From: Candidatus Omnitrophota bacterium
Lineage (GTDB): Bacteria > Omnitrophota > Gorgyraeia > Duberdicusellales > 4484-171
Length of the DNA: 61,686 bases
Assembly (NCBI GenBank): GCA_043823745.1
Contig: JBDRAN010000012.1
Coordinates: forward strand, 1-61,686
Direction: 5' to 3'
Part shown: piece after piece, positions 29,802 to 38,764 of the stretch
Layout of the letters: each line of letters begins with the position of its first letter
Numbering within the stretch: the stretch's first letter is position 1
The notes under the pieces: generated by a model
Databases searched by the model: none
Told to the model about the DNA's origin: nothing
What the model saw: the letters and a program-made list of their open reading frames with translations, nothing else
Program-made: the position numbers and the translations under genes

Positions 29802-30203
29802 ATGACAACAAAAGGCGGCATCATAGAAGAAGGGAAGGATAGCGTCAAATTGGCAGTTAATTGCGAAATGTACCCTCTTCAAAGCGTTTACGCGGCAGCG
29901 TATGTTTTTTTGGATAAAGCGTATGTGTATCTTGATAAAGAATCAAAGGATACAATCAGTGTATGGCTGTTCCGGAAAAACAAAAAAGACAATCTTCGAA
30001 CATTCGGCATGGATTTCTACAACGAGCTTTTAAATTATGCGCATTACTTTAGCAGTCTTAAGGCGAACGCCGAGGCGATTAAGCTCCTGATGCAACGGGC
30101 ACTTTTTTCCGCTTCCCCGTCGCTTGCGCTTGAAGCGGGGAAGAAAGAGATAGAGGGCCTTGCGCAGGAGCTTACCGATAAAAAAGCGCGTAACGGGCGA
30201 TGA
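29802..30203 (+). CDS. hxsD: His-Xaa-Ser system protein HxsD
   Basis: YPLQSVYAAAYVFLDKAYVYLD...DFYNELLNY...ALF matches the HxsD pattern; HxsB and HxS precursor are nearby. Confidence 0.8.
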   Translation: MTTKGGIIEEGKDSVKLAVNCEMYPLQSVYAAAYVFLDKAYVYLDKESKDTISVWLFRKNKKDNLRTFGMDFYNELLNYAHYFSSLKANAEAIKLLMQRALFSASPSLALEAGKKEIEGLAQELTDKKARNGR

Positions 30204-30415
30204 TGTTCTTAAAGAAAACCGGTAAGAAGATATTTATCAAGCTCCACAAGGAGTTATATGACCGGAATGTTATTGAACGGGTCAAGCGCCAGGAGCCCGG
30301 CATTCTCGGTGTGGTACATAGCGACGCCGCGCATTATCTTGTTGAGATGAGGACAAAACAGAGACGCGATTACCTTGATTTTTTAAATTATCTTATCTAT
30401 ATGGCGCGCGCATAG
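30200..30415 (+). CDS. Small HxsD-like protein
   Basis: 71 aa, coupled to hxsD; IKLHKELYD...DFLNYLI echoes the HxsD layout. Confidence 0.55.
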   Translation: MMFLKKTGKKIFIKLHKELYDRNVIERVKRQEPGILGVVHSDAAHYLVEMRTKQRRDYLDFLNYLIYMARA

Positions 30416-30475
30416 CGTGGTGATAGCGTAAAAATCGAGCTAAAAAATTTTCCTGTTCTAAAAAGGAGGTCGTCG

Positions 30476-30889
30476 ATGAGTAAACCGAAAGAAAAAAAAC
30501 ACTTTAAACCCGTGGCCCGGAGTATCAAGAACTTCCTTAAAGATGAAGATGGTTTCGTTACAAAAAGCAGCATTCTTAAAATTAGCTTAGGGACAGTCGC
30601 TTCCATGGGAATCCTTAGCTCGGCATTTGCGGATTATAATATAAGCCCTATTCGTGTCTCTGATGTCTGGGTTAATACTAACTTTGCTAATTTTCACACC
30701 AACAGTGTCGGGCTTGCCGCGCTCCCTGCCCCTTATGCTGCTCAATTTCCTGAATGTCAACGTATGCTTCATACTAATACGACCGCTCACTTAAGCCATA
30801 GTTCGCATGATTTCCATATGAACGTACGCGGACGGCTTGACGCTAAGGGGTGGGTTGGTAAGATCGTCTACAACGGCCCGTTACTTTAA
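30476..30889 (+). CDS. Putative RiPP-like precursor 1: Flp-pilin-like leader plus His-Xaa-Ser/His-Xaa-Asn core
   Basis: AGGAGG RBS; leader IKNFLKDEDG|FVTKSSILKISLGTVASMGILSS; core HTN, HTN, HLSHSSHDFHMN. Confidence 0.8.
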   Translation: MSKPKEKKHFKPVARSIKNFLKDEDGFVTKSSILKISLGTVASMGILSSAFADYNISPIRVSDVWVNTNFANFHTNSVGLAALPAPYAAQFPECQRMLHTNTTAHLSHSSHDFHMNVRGRLDAKGWVGKIVYNGPLL

Positions 30890-30909
30890 GCAGCATAGTT
30901 TCTGCCTAT

Positions 30910-31722
30910 ATGCGAGGTTTAAAGGCGTTCGGCCACCAATATCAAAAGGGTATTAGATTATTTTCTATTGCAGTCGTGTTTATCGTGGTGACGGTTAGTT
31001 TTTCCGTTGCGGATGCCCAAGAAAATAGCAATACTCCTTCCTTCCTGCCGGGAAAAAATTCCGATGATAGTTTCCAGCGTAAGATAGCCTTCGCTAAAGA
31101 TGTCTTGCAGAAGGCGGGATACCTCGAGATCCTCGAGGTGTATCGCGCGGTTAGAGAAGAGGATACATCTCGGTGCGCATCACCCCAGGCGGTAACCCTT
31201 GCCAACGATCTGCTTGCCTTACGCTATGCCGGAGAGAATCGTTGCGGCAGCATCAAAAATGTTCTTTTCCGCCAGATGTGCGAAGCTGCAAACGCTGACA
31301 GTTGCGATGCGGCAGGTCCTTTAAAAAATTTCTGCTCCGGGGTGCGCGCAAGCGATCCCGTAAGACTTATGCGTGAGCTTTCAGGCGGTGAATTTTTGAA
31401 AGCGCTTGGCGTGCAATTGCCTATCACCGAGAACACCGTTTTATTCGGGCTCTCAATATATTATGGATTTAAGCATTACAGTCCTGTCGCTTGCGAGCGC
31501 TTTTTGAATGACGCGCGTCTTCCGTTGTCCTCCAAGGTTTCCTGCCAGCTTCTTTTCGCTCAGGATTTTAATAGTCAGTATGATTCGCTTGTTAATGATC
31601 TCGCTCTTTTTATGGTTTCGCGCCTGGCGCCACAGGAAGGTGCTTGCGAACAGATACAGAATGGGCGGGTGAAAAAGGCGTGCTTGAACAAGGCGATTAA
31701 AGACTTGGGCGATATCTGGTAA
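30910..31722 (+). CDS. Secreted cysteine-rich hypothetical protein
   Basis: Signal peptide; repeated C-x2-I-x-N-x6-C units (CGSIKNVLFRQMC, CEQIQNGRVKKAC). Confidence 0.7.
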   Translation: MRGLKAFGHQYQKGIRLFSIAVVFIVVTVSFSVADAQENSNTPSFLPGKNSDDSFQRKIAFAKDVLQKAGYLEILEVYRAVREEDTSRCASPQAVTLANDLLALRYAGENRCGSIKNVLFRQMCEAANADSCDAAGPLKNFCSGVRASDPVRLMRELSGGEFLKALGVQLPITENTVLFGLSIYYGFKHYSPVACERFLNDARLPLSSKVSCQLLFAQDFNSQYDSLVNDLALFMVSRLAPQEGACEQIQNGRVKKACLNKAIKDLGDIW

Positions 31723-31726
31723 TTTT

Positions 31727-32581
31727 TTAGCGAAACATTTTGAAGAGCGTTTCCGGAAAACCCGCATAGGTAAGGAGCGCTCCCAGGAACATAAAAGGCG
31801 CCAGGGGCACACGTACGGGCTTTTTGCTTTGGAGCCCTATCGCGGCGTTGAGAATATAGAAACCGATAGAATAGAGGAGTGTTATGCGCATAAAGGCTAT
31901 AATATTTCCGGGTTCAAAGAAGCGTGGCATCGTACAGTAGCGCAGCATGAGTCCCCCGATACCAAGAACAAGGATAAGGAGTTTGTAGCGGATTACGCTG
32001 ATACCCTGGAATATGACGGCATATGAAATAAAAAGAATTACAACGTTAAGGAAAGGGTTGGGGGGAAGTGGTAGAAGTTTTAAGGCCGGCGGCACGATCC
32101 AGGTGATGCTTGCAATGATCATGATTGTCCTTCCAAAATAGAGCATGGTTTTTTTTGATATCAATTGCTTGAAGAACGTAGTTTTATTCTTGATTATATC
32201 GTTCCCCAGCGAAGGAACCAGCCCCAGAAGACTGACAAGAAACGTATTAAGGAAAAGCGCCAGGCAGGGGAGCGGCACTACCGATTGATTGGCTGCGGAG
32301 GGGACCAGGAGCAGGGAATAGGTGACAAAGAGCTTTGCGTCTCCTGCTTTCCAGGCACGGGCAAGATAAAGTATGAACCCGATACCAAGCCCGACGAGAG
32401 GATTCAGAACAATGCGGGGTGTCCAGGGGATAGAGCCAAGCGCCATGCCGACACCGTACCCGAGAATTCCGGCTGTGCCGAGCGCGCACAGGTGCCTGTT
32501 GCGTATTTTTTTTATGGCGATGTCGGTAGTTATGGTAAGCGCCCCGGTTACAAGAAGCACAATTAAAAAATATATATTCAT
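31727..32581 (-). CDS. A24 family prepilin peptidase without methylase domain
   Basis: Catalytic aspartates in TTDIAIKKIRN and AGDAKL; C-terminal RVPLAPFMFLG; multi-TM. Confidence 0.88.
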   Translation of the reverse strand: MNIYFLIVLLVTGALTITTDIAIKKIRNRHLCALGTAGILGYGVGMALGSIPWTPRIVLNPLVGLGIGFILYLARAWKAGDAKLFVTYSLLLVPSAANQSVVPLPCLALFLNTFLVSLLGLVPSLGNDIIKNKTTFFKQLISKKTMLYFGRTIMIIASITWIVPPALKLLPLPPNPFLNVVILFISYAVIFQGISVIRYKLLILVLGIGGLMLRYCTMPRFFEPGNIIAFMRITLLYSIGFYILNAAIGLQSKKPVRVPLAPFMFLGALLTYAGFPETLFKMFR

Positions 32582-32662
32582 GGTATTTTTTGTTATTATA
32601 GCATATCGGGCTCAACGAGCAGTATTTTTTTCTGATGCTTCCGCGGCGAGGGTGAAGGCTCT

Positions 32663-33661
32663 ATGAGTAAATTTACGATACGGAGGTGTTTATCGGGTGA
32701 TCTTTCTAGCCTGGTTGGATTTTTCCGGCGCATGAAAGCCGCGTACGATGTTAATTTCCTGCCGCAGGATAAAGATGCGTTTTTGGAAAAATATTATTGG
32801 CCGGACGCGGAAGAAAAATTTAATTATTATCTTCTGCATAATCGTGATGGCGCAATCGTCGGCGGCACCGGATATGTCCCTTTTAAGGGTCTTTTTTGCC
32901 GGAAACCGCTCTCCGGGTTTGTGGCAACGGATAGCATCATCGACCCGGCCTGGCGCCGGAAGCTCCCCGGGCTCGTCCCTTTATTTGCGCGTACGTATGA
33001 GCGCATGGTGCGCGGCGAAAAGCTATTTCCATTGGCCTGCCCCGCTTCAGAGACGGTTGCGGAAAGTTTCAAGCGAGTGCGCTGGAGCCAATTTACCTGG
33101 ATTTACAAGCTGTATAGTCCGGTTGTAGCCAGGGTTACCCCGCACCTGGCGGCAGCGGGGCTTTGCATTGAGCGGATTGAATGTTTTGATAAGTCGTTTG
33201 AAGAGTTTTTTAAAATGATCGCGTCGGACTACGATTTCCTGATGCACGCCGATCGGGAATTTCTTAATCAAAAATATTGCGGCAATACCCGGGGCCCGTA
33301 TGTCATCCTTGCCGCGCATATGAAGCGTAAACTTTCCGGTTACCTGGTATGCCTGATACGCGACTGCGACATTGAAATCGTCGACGTCACGATCGACATA
33401 CGTTTGCCGCACCTTATCCTTTTCTTGATGTATGCGGCATTTTCGTATTGCCCCCGCCGGGATATTGCGATAACAACTTGTTATGTCAGCAATAAACGTT
33501 ATTTTGAAATCTTGCGTTCAATGGGCTTTTCCTGTTGCTGGGAGGTTGAATGTTTATTTTTTAAACCCGTGGCATTATTCCACCCGGGTTTTGCCGCCGC
33601 AATGGAGCAGTCTGATATGTCAACCTATCATTGCAACGGTTTTACGCAGCAGGCATATTGA
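32663..33661 (+). CDS. Tandem-GNAT acyltransferase 1
   Basis: GFVATDSIIDPAWR, YDFLMHADREFLNQKY, IEIVDV; paralog of 39442-40452. Confidence 0.72.
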   Translation: MSKFTIRRCLSGDLSSLVGFFRRMKAAYDVNFLPQDKDAFLEKYYWPDAEEKFNYYLLHNRDGAIVGGTGYVPFKGLFCRKPLSGFVATDSIIDPAWRRKLPGLVPLFARTYERMVRGEKLFPLACPASETVAESFKRVRWSQFTWIYKLYSPVVARVTPHLAAAGLCIERIECFDKSFEEFFKMIASDYDFLMHADREFLNQKYCGNTRGPYVILAAHMKRKLSGYLVCLIRDCDIEIVDVTIDIRLPHLILFLMYAAFSYCPRRDIAITTCYVSNKRYFEILRSMGFSCCWEVECLFFKPVALFHPGFAAAMEQSDMSTYHCNGFTQQAY

Positions 33662-33721
33662 TGCACGTAATAAGCGCGCAATCATTTTAGTGGATTTTTT
33701 TTGAAGGGTGTGTATAGTAAT

Positions 33722-34612
33722 ATGGCTATGCCGACGGTGGTAACCGGAATATCTTTTGTCTCTGTTAAAACCCTGCCGCAGGTCGCGGATATTGTCGAAT
33801 GCAGCCGCCGCCTCCTGGTTGATCGAGGTGCCGTCATTACCCCGCAGGCGTCCCGCCGCTACGGTTTTTTTCTTGGAACAACATTCAGTAATTTTGCTAT
33901 CCGTAAAGCTAACACTGAAAAGTATTTTTCTCGGGGTGTCCGGCCCATCAACCCCGCCGATTTCCCCAAAGGTTTAATTTCATATCTGGGCGGCGAGTCA
34001 TGCACCGCGCTGGGTATCAAGGGATTTAACATTACCTTTTCAAGCGGTGTTTCTTCAGGCGTTGACGCGCTTATGCAAGGAGTGTATTTTGCCGCGCGGC
34101 ATAAGGGCAATAGGGCGCTGGTGCTTACGCTGCATGAAGCTTTAAAGTCAAACGCGCGTATCGGTTTTTCGGGAATAAGCGGTATTATGGTTGAGGCCGC
34201 GCCTCTTTGTGAGCGTTCCTATGCCGAGATTATGGGATTTAAGTCAGTCTTTGAAAAAGCAGGAGATTGTGAAGGATTACAAAAGCTTATCACGGCGGCT
34301 GTAACGCAGTACCGCCTCCATGAAGCTTCCTTGATGGTTGCCTGTAGCGGCCGATCACGTGGCTCTATAGGATCCCGGCTCTTTGAGCGGATACGTGCAT
34401 CATATCCTATGGTAGAAACGATCAAGTCACCGGTACGTGGCGGGATTTCTGAATTGCTGCGGATCGTAAAGAAAAAAATATGGCTCAAGGAAAAGTATAT
34501 TTTGTTCTCGCAGCTCGGGGAAAACAGCAATAGCGGTTGCGTTGTGCTGCGCGTATCGAAAAGAGGAGGATATCCCGATGAAAAAAAATTCTACCAAAAA
34601 AAGTGTGCGTAA
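33722..34612 (+). CDS. Ketosynthase-like partner (chain-length-factor-like, no catalytic Cys)
   Basis: YGFFLGT, INPADFP, LGIKGFNITFSSGVSSGVDAL where the active-site Cys is absent, YAEIMG; precedes ACP and KS. Confidence 0.72.
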   Translation: MAMPTVVTGISFVSVKTLPQVADIVECSRRLLVDRGAVITPQASRRYGFFLGTTFSNFAIRKANTEKYFSRGVRPINPADFPKGLISYLGGESCTALGIKGFNITFSSGVSSGVDALMQGVYFAARHKGNRALVLTLHEALKSNARIGFSGISGIMVEAAPLCERSYAEIMGFKSVFEKAGDCEGLQKLITAAVTQYRLHEASLMVACSGRSRGSIGSRLFERIRASYPMVETIKSPVRGGISELLRIVKKKIWLKEKYILFSQLGENSNSGCVVLRVSKRGGYPDEKKFYQKKCA

Positions 34613-34895
34613 GAAAACCAAATCCGCTCATTCCGCGCCCCCGGCAAGCGGGAACATTAGAGACCAGGCTATTGAAATTATCAGCAATCTTGCGAAGCTG
34701 CCGAAGGATAAAATGCTGCAGTATAATCGGGAGAACTTTACCGATGTAGGTCTTGATTCTTTTACACTGGTTGAAATTGTATTTTCTATCGAGAACACGT
34801 TTGACATTGATATTCCGCAGGATAGTTTACCCGGTATCAAAAATCTTGATGATTTGATTTCACTTATTGAGGAGCTTGTTAAAAAACGTGGCTGA
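34578..34895 (+). CDS. Acyl carrier protein
   Basis: GLDSFTLVEIVFSIENTFDIDI phosphopantetheine site; GAGGAGG RBS. Confidence 0.92.
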   Translation: MKKNSTKKSVRKKTKSAHSAPPASGNIRDQAIEIISNLAKLPKDKMLQYNRENFTDVGLDSFTLVEIVFSIENTFDIDIPQDSLPGIKNLDDLISLIEELVKKRG

Positions 34896-36039
34896 ACGGG
34901 TTGTGGTGACAGGTCTGGGCGTTGTTTCTTCGCTGGGCGTTACCGTCGAGGTATTTTGGAAGAACCTTATTGCAGGGGCTTCAGGGATGAGTCCTATCGA
35001 GGCGTTTGCGACCGGGCACCTGGAACGCCGCGTCGGAGGAGAAATAAAAAAGTATCAGATTCCTGCAGGCACTCATCATCTGCCCCGGAGCCATCAATTT
35101 GCAATCGATGCATGCGCGAAGGCTCTGGCTGACGCGGGCCTGAGCTACCCGGCGCATTGTGATGTCGCCTTAGGGAGTATTGTCGCAGGACTCGAGTTTC
35201 TTGAAAAAAAACACAAGAGCTTTAAAAATTACCCGCTATATATGCTTGCGGCTAACGTTATAGAGATGCTTACGGTGCGCGGCGCCGCCTTTACGGTGTC
35301 CGGAGCCTGCGCCGCGGGAAACTACGCGGTAGGCTTGGCGTATGAGCGCATTAAGCGCGCAGAGGCAGAGGTGATTCTTGCCGGGGGCGCTGACTATTTT
35401 TCTGAAGGAACATTCATCGGTCTTTATAAAGTTTTTTCACTCGCGCCGGATATATGTCAGCCGTTTGATAAAAATCGTAAGGGCTTGATCCCGGCGGAGG
35501 GTGCGGGAGTACTTGTTCTTGAGTCGCTTTCAAGCGCCCGCAGGCGGGGCGCGCGTATTTACGCGGAAGTTCTAGGCTATGGAGCAAGCACCGATGCCTA
35601 TCACCCGCTCATTCCCTTGCAGGAAGGCATTTATGGGTGCATGGAGGATGCCTTGCGCGCATGCGGCGTCAGCGGCAGTGATATCGATTATATTAGCGCG
35701 CATGGTACGGGCACGGTTCCTAATGACAAAGCGGAATGTCAAGCAATACGCAAACTTTTTGGCAAAGCGCGTTCTAAAAAAATACCCGTAAGCTCAATCA
35801 AATCGATGCTCGGCCATGCGATGGGGGCGGCAAGCGCGATTGAGTCGATTGCCTGCTGTATGGCTATTTCCCGTGGAATACTCCCACCAACGATCAATTA
35901 TAAAACTCGTGATCCTGAGTGTGACCTTGATTGTGTGCCCAATACCGCGCGCGCTTATCGGGCTGATATTATCCTTAACAATGCCTTTGGGTTTGGCGGG
36001 ATGAATTGCTCTGTTGTTCTGGGACGTTGGAAAAATTAA
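34888..36039 (+). CDS. Beta-ketoacyl-ACP synthase (FabF/KAS II-like)
   Basis: RVVVTGLG, GACAAG (Cys), AHGTGT, KSMLGHAMG, NAFGFGGMN. Confidence 0.95.
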   Translation: MAERVVVTGLGVVSSLGVTVEVFWKNLIAGASGMSPIEAFATGHLERRVGGEIKKYQIPAGTHHLPRSHQFAIDACAKALADAGLSYPAHCDVALGSIVAGLEFLEKKHKSFKNYPLYMLAANVIEMLTVRGAAFTVSGACAAGNYAVGLAYERIKRAEAEVILAGGADYFSEGTFIGLYKVFSLAPDICQPFDKNRKGLIPAEGAGVLVLESLSSARRRGARIYAEVLGYGASTDAYHPLIPLQEGIYGCMEDALRACGVSGSDIDYISAHGTGTVPNDKAECQAIRKLFGKARSKKIPVSSIKSMLGHAMGAASAIESIACCMAISRGILPPTINYKTRDPECDLDCVPNTARAYRADIILNNAFGFGGMNCSVVLGRWKN

Positions 36040-36076
36040 TAGGTACGGTGTTTGGCCGGCAGGATACGTTGTTTTC

Positions 36077-36104
36077 TTGACAAGAAACGGTTATGCGATA
36101 TACT
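36077..36104 (+). promoter_or_regulatory. Sigma70-like promoter for the second cluster module
   Basis: TTGACA-N16-TATACT. Confidence 0.55.
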
Positions 36105-36113
36105 AAAAATATC

Positions 36114-36797
36114 ATGAAAATGCAGAGGAGAAAAGTCATTACCGCTGGTTTTTTACTTGCGCTGTTTCCGGTATGGTGCTATGCGCAGACTATTACCATA
36201 AAAGGATCAACCGAGAAAAAACCCCTTACCACGGCTCAGATAGGCGCGTCCTACGAAGTTTCCGATAATTTTCAAAACGGTGATTTTCAGCAATCCGCTC
36301 AGTATGAAACGGCAGTTGCGTCAAACCCCCTGTTTAATCCTCCCTATGCGTTGCGTGCGAACGAACAAGCCCTGGTTGATTTTTTTAAGAAGCCGCTCCT
36401 GTTGCATCCTTGGCGTGCACGAGGCGATGTGAAGCTGGTGCATGAGGGGGATAACATTCTTGTCCAGCTTAATCTTGCCAAGGGGGTGGAAGCATCATTG
36501 TCTCAGGATATTAAATTGAGAGATAAAAATGCTCGTATTGAATTTGATCTTTTTGGTACGGGTGGCGCACCGTCGGGGGTATTTGAGGTAGCGATTCTTG
36601 ATGCATCGGGCCGCTTCCCGATCGCCACATACAGCGCATCTACGATCTCATCCCAGAAACATTGCGTTATAAATCTAAGCGGCAATAAAAATCTTATGGC
36701 TCGCAAAGCCGGCGATACGCTCACGGTTGAGTTTTCCTTACGGGGCAAAGAGCAAGATTCGGCAACCGTGCGTCTTGACTCTGTAGTGATTATGTAG
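36114..36797 (+). CDS. Secreted hypothetical protein, paralog of 28446-29210
   Basis: Signal peptide ending CYA; C-terminal beta-rich domain shared with the paralog. Confidence 0.7.
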   Translation: MKMQRRKVITAGFLLALFPVWCYAQTITIKGSTEKKPLTTAQIGASYEVSDNFQNGDFQQSAQYETAVASNPLFNPPYALRANEQALVDFFKKPLLLHPWRARGDVKLVHEGDNILVQLNLAKGVEASLSQDIKLRDKNARIEFDLFGTGGAPSGVFEVAILDASGRFPIATYSASTISSQKHCVINLSGNKNLMARKAGDTLTVEFSLRGKEQDSATVRLDSVVIM

Positions 36798-36885
36798 CAA
36801 TAGTGAAGGGCTCTTACGCGCCGCCGGCGTGCGTATAGGTATTCTTAAAAAAGAGATATTCGTTCTCGAAAAGAAGGAGGAGTGT

Positions 36886-37302
36886 ATGAGGAAAAATTTT
36901 TTTGTTGCTCTTATGTGTGCCGCGGTGGTGTCTATCGGTGCGAGTGCGTTTTGCGCCGATGAAACAATAACGATATCCACCTATTATCCGGCTCCGTATG
37001 GTGTGTATAAAAAAATGCAAATTATGGATACCCAGGGAGCCAACATAACCTTGTACAGTAGTGACCCCGTTACCGCCGGTAACCCTACGTTAGCCTTAAG
37101 CGATAGTAATGCAGCCGGGGGGTTGATCCCTTCAATTACGTTTGATAATGATCCAGCAGCCAGCCCTGACTTTCGCATATCACTTCGTGGCGATAACGAT
37201 CTTCGGGTGCAGGGGGGCACGACGACATTTACCGATGATGCCGGAAACTATGCGCCCGTGCGTACCAGTAAAATTATTATTTGTTCCGGAGCCGCAACGT
37301 AA
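36886..37302 (+). CDS. Secreted 'TISTYYPAP' motif protein, paralog of 29332-29787
   Basis: AAGGAGG RBS; ETITISTYYPAPYGVYKKM, GDNDLRVQGGTTTF, ICSG. Confidence 0.75.
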   Translation: MRKNFFVALMCAAVVSIGASAFCADETITISTYYPAPYGVYKKMQIMDTQGANITLYSSDPVTAGNPTLALSDSNAAGGLIPSITFDNDPAASPDFRISLRGDNDLRVQGGTTTFTDDAGNYAPVRTSKIIICSGAAT

Positions 37303-37363
37303 TTACTATGGTGTATCCCGTATGTATCGAAAAAACACTATTGCGTAAGGGGTGGGCGTCGCA

Positions 37364-38764
37364 ATGACTGATCGCGTAACACTTCCTTTTAACTCGCGCG
37401 TGATACGTAACAGGTATCTTGTGTCCAATGCCCTTGGAAACTGGGATTTTCTGGAGAAGAACGAATTTCAGGCTTTTCATGGATTGCGTCTTAAACAGGG
37501 AACACCTCTGTTTAGGCGGCTTTATGAGAAAGGTTTGTTGGCGGATGAGCATAACATAAAAACTCTGGTCGATGACTACCGGAATTTAAATGCTAATATT
37601 TTCCATGACACCAGATTACATATTGCCGTTGTGACAACCCGGTGCAATTTACGCTGCTGCTATTGCCAGGCACATACCGGCGCGTACCAGGATATGGACA
37701 TTACGGTCGCAAGCCGTGTTTTAAAGAATATCTTTGACGTTAAAAGCCCCTGCGTTACGTTAGAGTTCCAGGGTGGTGAGCCGCTGCTTAATTGGGAGAC
37801 GGTGCGCTTTCTCATCGAGCAGGCTACAAAGATCAATAACGGCGTAAAACAGCTGCAGTTTTCCCTGACGAGTAATCTAACCTTGCTTGATGATGAGAAA
37901 ATGAAATTTCTCACGGACCACGGCGTCGGAATGTGCGGTTCTTTAGATGGCCCCCGGCACATTCATGATCATAATCGAACGTTTGCCAAGGGCGCGGGAA
38001 GTTACGATACCGTAGTCAAAAACATTCATAGATTTGAAACTGCGTTTGGCGCCAAAATAGGTCTTCTCCCCACCGTTACTAAGCACTCATTACCGTATTA
38101 TAAAGACATCGTTGATGAGTATGTGCGTCTTGGTCAAAGCAGCATTGCGCTTCGGCCGGTCAATCAGCTGGGGCATGCCTGTGCGCAGTGGAATACGCTT
38201 GGCTATACCGCTGAGGAGTTCAGTGAGTTCTACCGCAAGGCCCTTGAGTATATTCTTTCCTTAAATAAAAAAGGGATTTTCATTCGCGAGCGAATGGCTG
38301 CGATTATGCTTGAAAAAGTGCTCAATAAAAAAGATCCCGGATATGTTGAGCTGATGAATCCCTGCGGCGCGGGCCGGGGCCAGATCGTGTATATGCCGGA
38401 TGGAAGTTGTTACCCGTGCGATGAGTCTCGGATGGTGGGTGATGAGATGTTTAAGCTTGGCAATATTCTCGATGAGGATTACGAGGACCTGATGCACAAG
38501 GAAAATCTCCTGCACCTTCTTGAGTCTTCCCTGATGAACCTGTGGGATTATAATTCTGCGTTTGCGCCCTGGATGGGGACCTGCCCGGTTGTTAATTACG
38601 CGGCGCAGAAGAACTTTGTTCCTAAAATCTGGTGTTCAGCGGTCCATAAAATCTATACGGCTCAATTTAACTATCTTTTTGAAAAAATGGAGCAAAGCGA
38701 GGAAAATACAAAGATTTTTAGGCAATGGATAAAAAAGGAGGGTGTTTATGAATCAAAAAAATAA
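37364..38764 (+). CDS. hxsB: His-Xaa-Ser system radical SAM maturase HxsB-like
   Basis: LPFN..YLVSN N-terminus, LHIAVVTTRCNLRCCYCQA, EFQGGEPLLN, SLDGP, GYVELMNPCGAG, YPCDESRM. Confidence 0.85.
   Translation: MTDRVTLPFNSRVIRNRYLVSNALGNWDFLEKNEFQAFHGLRLKQGTPLFRRLYEKGLLADEHNIKTLVDDYRNLNANIFHDTRLHIAVVTTRCNLRCCYCQAHTGAYQDMDITVASRVLKNIFDVKSPCVTLEFQGGEPLLNWETVRFLIEQATKINNGVKQLQFSLTSNLTLLDDEKMKFLTDHGVGMCGSLDGPRHIHDHNRTFAKGAGSYDTVVKNIHRFETAFGAKIGLLPTVTKHSLPYYKDIVDEYVRLGQSSIALRPVNQLGHACAQWNTLGYTAEEFSEFYRKALEYILSLNKKGIFIRERMAAIMLEKVLNKKDPGYVELMNPCGAGRGQIVYMPDGSCYPCDESRMVGDEMFKLGNILDEDYEDLMHKENLLHLLESSLMNLWDYNSAFAPWMGTCPVVNYAAQKNFVPKIWCSAVHKIYTAQFNYLFEKMEQSEENTKIFRQWIKKEGVYESKK

Noticed and set aside
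30476-30889. Ordinary Flp pilin of a Tad pilus locus
   Set aside because: It lacks the Glu+5/Tyr+6 motif, is much longer than Flp, and no tad/cpa assembly genes are in the window.
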